DNA of 29,974 bases, from NCBI GenBank assembly GCA_964244895.1, contig CAXTKV010000032.1, positions 4,173-34,146 of the forward strand, written 5' to 3'. A program made the translations under genes and the position numbers. Of the stretch, positions 1 through 6,054 are shown piece by piece (within the stretch, counting starts at the first letter, position 1; the number at the start of each line of letters is the position of its first letter). The notes under the pieces were generated by a model. The model saw only the letters and a list, made by a program, of their open reading frames with translations. It had not been told where the DNA came from and did not search any database. This DNA comes from an uncultured Deinococcales bacterium. GTDB taxonomy: Bacteria > Deinococcota > Deinococci > Deinococcales > JAAFIG01.

Positions 1-801
1 CGCCATCAGCACGCGTTTCGCCCGCTCGAGGCCCGAGTCCATCGCCTCGAGATCGCTTAGATCGAAGACCTCGAAGCGCACGCCCTCACCCTCCCAGACG
101 CGCTCGACGCCGATGGCGGAACCGATTGGCGCGAGGTTGTTCTTGTGCGTCTCGAGCCGCAACACGTCCCGACCACCCACGTCCTTGGGCGGCACGCGAG
201 AGAGCAGGTGAACCGCCCTCGCCCCGGCGCTCTTGATCTGCGAACCCAGTAACCCGCGCCCGCCCGGATCTTTCGGGCCGGGTTTCGGCGTGTGATCGAG
301 GACGAGTACCGCCGCGCCCGCCTCGGAGAGCAAGCGCAAGCGGGCGATCACCTGCGCGACCTGATCGGCGTCGTTGACGCGCGTGTACGGGAAGGCGCTC
401 GAGAAGGCGTCGATCACCACGAGCTTGACGTTCCTCGAGATCACGTCCGCGCGGAGTTGATCGATGCGCGCGGGGTCGAGCGACGAGAGGCCGTTCGCCG
501 GGTGCGCGTAACGGATGCGCTCGAGGGCCGAATCCGGCACGCCCATGCCCGTGGCTGCCCGCCGATACCACGGGTACTGCAAGCGCAGGTCGGTGTCGAA
601 ATCCACGTGGATGACCTCGCCCTCGAGGACACCCGCACCAAGGAACGGCATTCCTGCTGCGACGCTGACCTCGAGCCCGGCCACGAGCGAGGACTTGCCG
701 ACGCCGGGCGGCCCGCCGATCAGGCTCAGGCAAGCCATCGGGATCAGACCGTCCCAGAGCCAGGCGACGGGTTCGGGTGGTGTGACGGCGGCCACGGTCA
801 C
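1..801 (-). CDS. RepA-like / AAA_25 (SF4-type) helicase, 3' end outside window; absent from the supplied ORF track
   Basis: Manual translation: ...PPEPVAWLWDGLIPMACLSLIGGPPGVGKSSL (Walker A)...VKLVVIDAFSS (Walker B)...VLVLDHTPKP...LLGSQIKSAGARAV...ETHKNNLAP, open to base 1. GTG at 801 overlaps the primase TGA (GTGA); alternative GTG at 813; the frame stays open upstream to a TAG near 878. Confidence 0.85.
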   Translation of the reverse strand, partial: MTVAAVTPPEPVAWLWDGLIPMACLSLIGGPPGVGKSSLVAGLEVSVAAGMPFLGAGVLEGEVIHVDFDTDLRLQYPWYRRAATGMGVPDSALERIRYAHPANGLSSLDPARIDQLRADVISRNVKLVVIDAFSSAFPYTRVNDADQVAQVIARLRLLSEAGAAVLVLDHTPKPGPKDPGGRGLLGSQIKSAGARAVHLLSRVPPKDVGGRDVLRLETHKNNLAPIGSAIGVERVWEGEGVRFEVFDLSDLEAMDSGLERAKRVLMA

Positions 802-1931
802 GAACTCGAGCACGATGCTGGCGTGCGGCGCGGGCGAGGAACGAAAGGGAGCGTGCTGGACGGCGTGTTTCTCACGCTAGGGTCGGGCATAGAATCCCGG
901 TCGGGCGCAGAACCTCGAGTGAGTGGCGAAGATTGGGCACGTTGGATCAGGTCTCGCAGGCGTTCACCGAGCGCCTTGAGACCCTCTGTTCCGGCCAGGT
1001 CACAGAAGTCGAGCGGCGCAGTCAACGGCTCGAGCATCATGATCTCGAGCGCACCCATCTCGCGGGCGAATGCCGTCCAGCGTTTGATTGCTGCCCGTCC
1101 CGCCGCATCTCCGTCGGCGTACACGAACACCGTGCGACCCTCGAGACCTTCCGGGTACGGTGAGGCGTTCGCCCCGGCGATGCCCTGCACGTCCAACTCG
1201 AGCCCGAAGGTTTGCGCCGCGCTCCAGGCGATGATGGCGTTCAGTTCACCCTCGCAGAGCAGGACAGTCTTGGCCTGGCCGTACTCGGGGTTGCACCAGG
1301 CGGGTGCGCCGCTGCCCGTCATGAGGTAACCGTAACGGCCCGATCTCGAGCCTTCGGGGTGGCGTTGCTTGACGGTCAGGAGGGTTCCGCTCGGGTTGCG
1401 GATCGGGATCAGGATTGCTCCCTCGCTGGTGATGCCGAGACCACAACGTTGTGACCTTATCAGGGTGAGGCCGCGCGCCTCGAGGACCGTGACGGGCCAG
1501 TAACGCTCGAGTTCGTGCTGGGCGCGCTCTAGCGTCTCGAGGATGGAATCCTGGATGACTGGAGCAGGTCGCTGCAGCAGTTTTCGTGAGGGAGAATAAG
1601 CGGTGAAAGAACCGGTTTCGGTCAGGCCCACGAGTTCATCCGCGGCCTCTCGAGCGTTCCAGCCGAGGCTGATGAGCAAGTGGTAGGCGTTGCCGCCCTC
1701 CTCGCGATTTCGCTCGTCAGCACGCCCGAAGCGGTGCCAGAGCCAGACCTCACCGCGTCTCGAAACGCTGAAGCTCGGATGGTGTTCCTCGCGGCCCGGT
1801 CGCGGATCGCGGATCAGTCCGCCGCGCTCTGGGTTGAGACGGGCGGTCTCGGGCGTGGGGCAATGCGCGTTCAGTAAATCCACAAGGTTGATGCGCTCGA
1901 TGGCCCTCGAGGGCGCGTTATCAGGCTTCAC
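798..1931 (-). CDS. TOPRIM-domain DNA primase (phage/plasmid type), 377 aa
   Basis: TOPRIM motifs VLLCEGELNA and VFVYADGDAAG; DnaG-like ILIPIRNPSG..VKQR; N-terminal CHC2-like segment PSFSV...WHRFG..GGNA. GTG at 1931 overlaps the upstream stop (GTGA); the ORF-track start at 2381 is over-extended. Confidence 0.85.
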   Translation of the reverse strand: MKPDNAPSRAIERINLVDLLNAHCPTPETARLNPERGGLIRDPRPGREEHHPSFSVSRRGEVWLWHRFGRADERNREEGGNAYHLLISLGWNAREAADELVGLTETGSFTAYSPSRKLLQRPAPVIQDSILETLERAQHELERYWPVTVLEARGLTLIRSQRCGLGITSEGAILIPIRNPSGTLLTVKQRHPEGSRSGRYGYLMTGSGAPAWCNPEYGQAKTVLLCEGELNAIIAWSAAQTFGLELDVQGIAGANASPYPEGLEGRTVFVYADGDAAGRAAIKRWTAFAREMGALEIMMLEPLTAPLDFCDLAGTEGLKALGERLRDLIQRAQSSPLTRGSAPDRDSMPDPSVRNTPSSTLPFVPRPRRTPASCSSS

Positions 1932-2149
1932 GTTGCTTTCTTCTCGCCCTGGCGTTCGATCCAACGCTCGAGGGCTTCGCGCGGCACGCGAATGGTGTGA
2001 CCGATGACGAGGCTCGGGATTTCTTTGGCCCGGCAGAGTTGGTAGGCGCGGTTCAAGCCGATGCGGAGGAGGCGGGCGACCTCGGGCACGGTCAGCAGCA
2101 CGGGCGGATCGTCGGATTCTCGGTTGGGTTCGTAAGGAAATGGGGCCAT
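1928..2149 (-). CDS. HTH_17 excisionase-family DNA-binding protein, 73 aa
   Basis: LLTVPEVARLLRIGLNRAYQLCRAKEIPSLVIGHTIRVPREALERWI is a typical excisionase-like HTH; GGAGG SD 6 nt before the ATG at 2149. Confidence 0.9.
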   Translation of the reverse strand: MAPFPYEPNRESDDPPVLLTVPEVARLLRIGLNRAYQLCRAKEIPSLVIGHTIRVPREALERWIERQGEKKAT

Positions 2150-2694
2150 GAGGGACCTCCTGGGAAGACTCGAGAGCGGGCGGTGGAACACGGAGCCGTC
2201 GCACACAGGCGTGACGGCGCGTTCGGCTGCACCTGCGGGCGCGCCTCGAGCGGAGGGGGCGGCGGCGGGGATTCGACAAATGGCGTGGGCGTGTTCGGGG
2301 CTTCGCACCCGAGACGGATCGGCACGCGAACGAACGGCAACCACCATCCAGCACACGCGATGACCAGTGCGGCGAGGTCACAGAGGTTGCGCTCGATCAG
2401 TTCGCGCCGGGGTGAACGCAGCACCCAGACGGCGAAGACCGAGGCGTAGAGGAAAAGTAAGCCCAGTGGAAGTACCTGCGGACGACAGGCGATCAGGATC
2501 AGCGAGAGCGCGAGTGTGAACGGGCCGCTCAGGGCAAGCAATGCCCAGCTCAGGGCGCGAACGGCCCCGTCCGAGTCCACGGCGAGGGCGCGGCAAAGCA
2601 GCACGCTGGCCTCGAGCGGGATGGTGTGAAGCCCTGTCGTCTTGCGCGGCTTGGTGCGTGTCGTGGGGTAACGGTTCGCATCGGCGGGTCGCAT
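2092..2694 (-). CDS. Hypothetical membrane protein, about 3 hydrophobic segments and a Pro-rich tail
   Basis: ATG at 2694 with GAAGGTG upstream; hydrophobic stretches ALSWALLALSGPFTLALSLILIAC and VLPLGLLFLYASVFAVWVL; 3' end overlaps the excisionase gene by 58 nt. Confidence 0.5.
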   Translation of the reverse strand: MRPADANRYPTTRTKPRKTTGLHTIPLEASVLLCRALAVDSDGAVRALSWALLALSGPFTLALSLILIACRPQVLPLGLLFLYASVFAVWVLRSPRRELIERNLCDLAALVIACAGWWLPFVRVPIRLGCEAPNTPTPFVESPPPPPPLEARPQVQPNAPSRLCATAPCSTARSRVFPGGPSWPHFLTNPTENPTIRPCC

Positions 2695-2850
2695 TTCACC
2701 TTCGATCTTGGTCGCCGACCGACCTGGGTGGCGTGAGGTCTCAGGGGGTCGTGGAGATCGGTCGGTCGCTACGCTAGGTGGCCGCCAATGACCGCGTGCG
2801 GAAAGACCGGGGGCTGGTGGGCAGCGCCCTTGAATACGATTTACCCACGA

Positions 2851-2917
2851 CACTAGGAAAGGAAAACCAGCGAAGCTTTCCTAGTGGTCTGGACTGGGAA
2901 AGAACGCTTTCCCAGTG
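2851..2917. promoter_or_regulatory. Two adjacent inverted repeats sharing half-site ACT(A/G)GGAAAG (operator or origin)
   Basis: CACTAGGAAAG-N14-CTTTCCTAGTG (2851-2886) and ACTGGGAAAG-aacg-CTTTCCCAGT (2893-2916), upstream of the replication operon. Confidence 0.7.
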
Positions 2918-3255
2918 AAGGAACTTTACTCAGGCTGACTTTGGGGGTGGAGCGAACCCATCCTGATACCTGATGTGGGTAAAAAAACATGAAAAATACT
3001 CGCGTTTCGAGAACGCGTCGGTCCCGTACCCACGACCCCCTCAGGTTGCGAATCAGTGCGACTGCATCTCGAAAAAGCGCTGGTCGACGAACACGACCTT
3101 TCGATCTCCCACACCAATTTAGAGAATCGTGTCATGCGCGCTCACGCCACCAATCGGGGTTGAAATTCGTCTCCGAAAGATCAACGACGCATTGATCTTC
3201 ACTCCAGTTGTCTTACATTTCAGAATAGTTTTACGAACGCTAAAATATGTTACGC

Positions 3256-3261
3256 TAGATT
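3256..3261 (+). promoter_or_regulatory. -10 box of a probable leaderless TA transcript
   Basis: TAGATT 6 nt before the ATG at 3268, no SD, AT-rich upstream region. Confidence 0.6.
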
Positions 3262-3267
3262 CAAAGT

Positions 3268-3516
3268 ATGAAAATGTCTCTCGTTAAGGAAATCACCCTC
3301 AGCTCCAAAGGCCAGATCGTCATCCCCGCTGACCTGCGCGACGCCCTCGGACTCGAACCCGGAGACCGCCTCCTGATCCGTCAAGACGGCCAGACCCTGA
3401 CGCTCGAGCGCCGCCAAGACGTGCTCGAGGCCCTCGAAGGCAAATACGCGACGCCTGGGCGGTCACTCGCTCAAGAACTGCGCGCTGAGCGACGCGCTGA
3501 GGCCGCGCGCAAGTGA
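3268..3516 (+). CDS. vapB: AbrB/MazE/SpoVT-family antitoxin
   Basis: ITLSSKGQIVIPADLRDALGLEPGDRL signature; GTGA overlap with the PIN toxin. Confidence 0.92.
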   Translation: MKMSLVKEITLSSKGQIVIPADLRDALGLEPGDRLLIRQDGQTLTLERRQDVLEALEGKYATPGRSLAQELRAERRAEAARK

Positions 3517-3932
3517 AGCCTCTGCAGGCGCAAGAGCGCGTGCTCGACGCGAGCGCATTGCTCGCCTGGTTTCAACAGGAACCCGGTTTCGAAATCGTGC
3601 GGGCGCAGCTGGAGTTCGGCGGGGCCATCGCCGCCGCGAACCTCACCGAGGTCGTCGGCAAGCTCGTCTCGAGCGGGGTTGCGCCAGCCAACGAGGTCGA
3701 GCGGGACGTGCTCGCCCTCGGGCTTCAGGTCGTGCCGATGGATGTCGGCCTTGCGCTCGGCGCGGCGTTCTTCTACGCGCGCCGCAACCCTTACGATCTG
3801 TCGCTCGGCGATTGCGCGTGTCTGTCTACGGCAGAGGCACTCGGTCTCGAGGTTCTGACGGGCGAGCATGGGTGGGGGAGAGTGCCTAACCTCAAGGTGA
3901 AGTTGCGTTTGATCCGCCAGGGTGAACACTGA
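3513..3932 (+). CDS. vapC: PIN-domain VapC toxin (RNase)
   Basis: VLDASALLAW...NLTEV...LSLGDCACL...VLTGE carry the PIN acidic residues; directly downstream of the AbrB antitoxin. Confidence 0.92.
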   Translation: MKPLQAQERVLDASALLAWFQQEPGFEIVRAQLEFGGAIAAANLTEVVGKLVSSGVAPANEVERDVLALGLQVVPMDVGLALGAAFFYARRNPYDLSLGDCACLSTAEALGLEVLTGEHGWGRVPNLKVKLRLIRQGEH

Positions 3933-4060
3933 GCGGGTTACCCTGCCAGCCTTACCAGGTCGTCATTGTTGGATGATCAGGATTTGATCGGATTGGCAAA
4001 AGTCTCTGGTGATACCCAAACAGATGCGAATTTGCCTCCGGCACTCGACATTAATTCGAC

Positions 4061-4088
4061 CTCAACCTCGCCCGATAGAATCCAGCGA
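4061..4088 (+). promoter_or_regulatory. Promoter (TAGAAT -10 at 4076-4081), homologous to 5969-5996
   Basis: ctcaacctcgcccgaTAGAATccagcga; 22/28 identical to the copy before the next gene and at the same distance from the ATG. Confidence 0.65.
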
Positions 4089-4146
4089 GCGCTCGGGCAC
4101 GCGACGGTGAAACGCAGGCCGAACCAGATCGCTGGAGGATCAAGGA

Positions 4147-5916
4147 ATGCACCACAAAGGATTCGTGCTGCTGTTCGCGACCCTACTCGTCGCATGCCCG
4201 CAACCCGCACCCATCAACCCGGCACCGCCTCCTGCGTCCCCACCAGCGCCGCCCGGACCGCTCGATGTCACAGGGCGCTGGGATCTCACGATGCGTGAGG
4301 CATCCGGCAAGGCGGCTTTTGCCGTCGCCTTCCTCAATCAGGCTGTGGGCGCGACGGCCTACGCTGGTACGTTAAGCTTCACCTCGCTGGCCACAGTCTC
4401 GGGCACGCTCAAGGGCGACACCACGAAGGGCACGGTTCAGATCTCCACAGCGGGGGGCGGTTCGTTCGTGGACGCCGCCGGAACCTTCGGTGACGGCGCA
4501 TACGCTGGGACCTACACCGCCTACTCCGCCACCGGATCGCCCACCAGTGGGACGATCACCATGACCAGAACGGCGCAGACGGCAAGCCTGAACATTGCCG
4601 TGACCGGACCCGCGCAGGCTCCAGTCACCGTCACCGCTTCTGGAACGGCGCTCTTCGCTGCGCCGGTTGTCGGATCGATCACCATCCGCGACCTGCCGCG
4701 CACCGCGTTGACCGTCACCGGGGCAGATGTGGCGCTCAACACCGCGCCACCGGCCCAGACCGTAAGCCTCTCCGGCGGCAGCCAGTCGGTGACGCTCGCC
4801 TACACCCATCAGCCCTTCGACCTCTCCAGCCCACAGCCAGGGATCAACGTCTACAACAACGGCCAGGTCGGCCTCCAGGCCACCGTGACGCCGGACCCGA
4901 ACTTCAACGGCACCGTCAGCCTGACGCTGCAAAACCTGCCGTCGGGCGTCAGCCAGACAACGCCCATCAGCTTGGCCGTGAGTGGCAACCCGGTATCGGT
5001 CGACATATCAATCACCTCTTCAGCGGAAACCTTGATCGGCGACACTCCCGCCCGGCTGGTCGCCACCTCGGGTGTGACGGTGAGAACCCTTGCCGTGACC
5101 ATCCGGACGCGCCCGCACCGCATCCAGCTCCCGCTCGCGCGGAATTGGGTCGTCGGCGCAGACGAGAACGTCTACGTCGATTCGGACGCTCAAAACGGCG
5201 TGTTCCGCATTAAGCCCGACGGTTCGACGGAACGTATCACCAATACCGCGTTACCGTGCTGGTACTTGAGCGTGGCCCCGGACGGCAGCCTCTGGACAGA
5301 TAACTTCGGCTTCACCCGGATCGACCCCATCACCAAAACGGTCGAGACCCTGCCGAACCCCACCGGCCAGTACGGTTGTGCGATCTCGACACCCGATGGC
5401 AAGAAGCGCGTCTGGTACTCGTACTTTGGCCTTTGGCGGGCGGATCTCTTAAACGGCACGAACACGCTCGTGACCGGACTGAACGGCTTGGGGTTCGGTT
5501 CGCCCAAGATGGTCGCCAACACCTACTGGGGCACCTCGGGCTCGAGCCTGGTCGGGATCGATACGGATTCGCTCAAGGTCACCAAGTACGACGTGCCGAT
5601 CTCAGCCGATATCTCAACCTTCTTCATCAACGGGACGAATGTTGCCCTCAGCGCTGGGCCACACCTTTACACCTATGACCTCACCTCCGGCGTGACCACT
5701 GAGCACCTCATCCCCGGCATCGCCTTCAAGGCGCTCCTCGGGCAGGACGCTCAAGGCAACCTCTGGGTGTCCAGTTCGGACCAGTGGGTGCGTTACAACC
5801 CCAGCACCAAGCAGATTCTGCGGCTTCTGCCGGAACTCGGTCAGGGGCAAATCGTCGTGACCCCGAGCGGGGCGATCTGGTACGCGGGCGACGGGGTGTT
5901 TCACGTCTTGCCCTGA
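4147..5916 (+). CDS. Surface lipoprotein, beta-rich stalk plus C-terminal Vgb/NHL-like beta-propeller, 589 aa
   Basis: Lipobox LLVA-C then PQPAP and a Pro-rich linker; blade motifs VGADENVYV, VAPDGSLWT, TPDGKKRVWY, DAQGNLWV, TPSGAIWY. Confidence 0.8.
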   Translation: MHHKGFVLLFATLLVACPQPAPINPAPPPASPPAPPGPLDVTGRWDLTMREASGKAAFAVAFLNQAVGATAYAGTLSFTSLATVSGTLKGDTTKGTVQISTAGGGSFVDAAGTFGDGAYAGTYTAYSATGSPTSGTITMTRTAQTASLNIAVTGPAQAPVTVTASGTALFAAPVVGSITIRDLPRTALTVTGADVALNTAPPAQTVSLSGGSQSVTLAYTHQPFDLSSPQPGINVYNNGQVGLQATVTPDPNFNGTVSLTLQNLPSGVSQTTPISLAVSGNPVSVDISITSSAETLIGDTPARLVATSGVTVRTLAVTIRTRPHRIQLPLARNWVVGADENVYVDSDAQNGVFRIKPDGSTERITNTALPCWYLSVAPDGSLWTDNFGFTRIDPITKTVETLPNPTGQYGCAISTPDGKKRVWYSYFGLWRADLLNGTNTLVTGLNGLGFGSPKMVANTYWGTSGSSLVGIDTDSLKVTKYDVPISADISTFFINGTNVALSAGPHLYTYDLTSGVTTEHLIPGIAFKALLGQDAQGNLWVSSSDQWVRYNPSTKQILRLLPELGQGQIVVTPSGAIWYAGDGVFHVLP

Positions 5917-5968
5917 AAGCCGCACCGAACGGAATCGTTGCGACCGAGACGGGATGCATTGATCTGCT

Positions 5969-5996
5969 CTAAACCTGGCCGGGTACAATCCGGCGA
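5969..5996 (+). promoter_or_regulatory. Promoter (TACAAT -10 at 5984-5989), homologous to 4061-4088
   Basis: ctaaacctggccgggTACAATccggcga; the -10 box ends 65 nt before the ATG at 6055. Confidence 0.65.
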
Positions 5997-6054
5997 TCCA
6001 ATCGGCCTTCGGTTTGGGAGAACCGCTGGCCCCGGACCTTCGGAGGCCCAAAGG

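Noticed and set aside
292..1329. 345-aa plus-strand ORF and other long ORFs opposite real genes (5614-7149, 12497-14086, 15609-17462, 17535-19364, 27853-29451)
   Set aside because: Antisense shadows typical of high-GC coding DNA; no motifs, and the opposite strand carries recognisable proteins.
2926..3195. Small ORFs 2926-3135(-) and 2989-3195(+) as a possible repressor
   Set aside because: No HTH pattern, no convincing SD, atypical composition.
3225..3260. Possible Deinococcus RDRM (DdrO) site before the TA operon
   Set aside because: Only the TTACG half resembles the 17-bp palindrome; the other half does not match.
4082..4136. Known riboswitch in the lipoprotein leader
   Set aside because: Pairing exists but I recognise no conserved riboswitch core; kept only as a shared leader observation.
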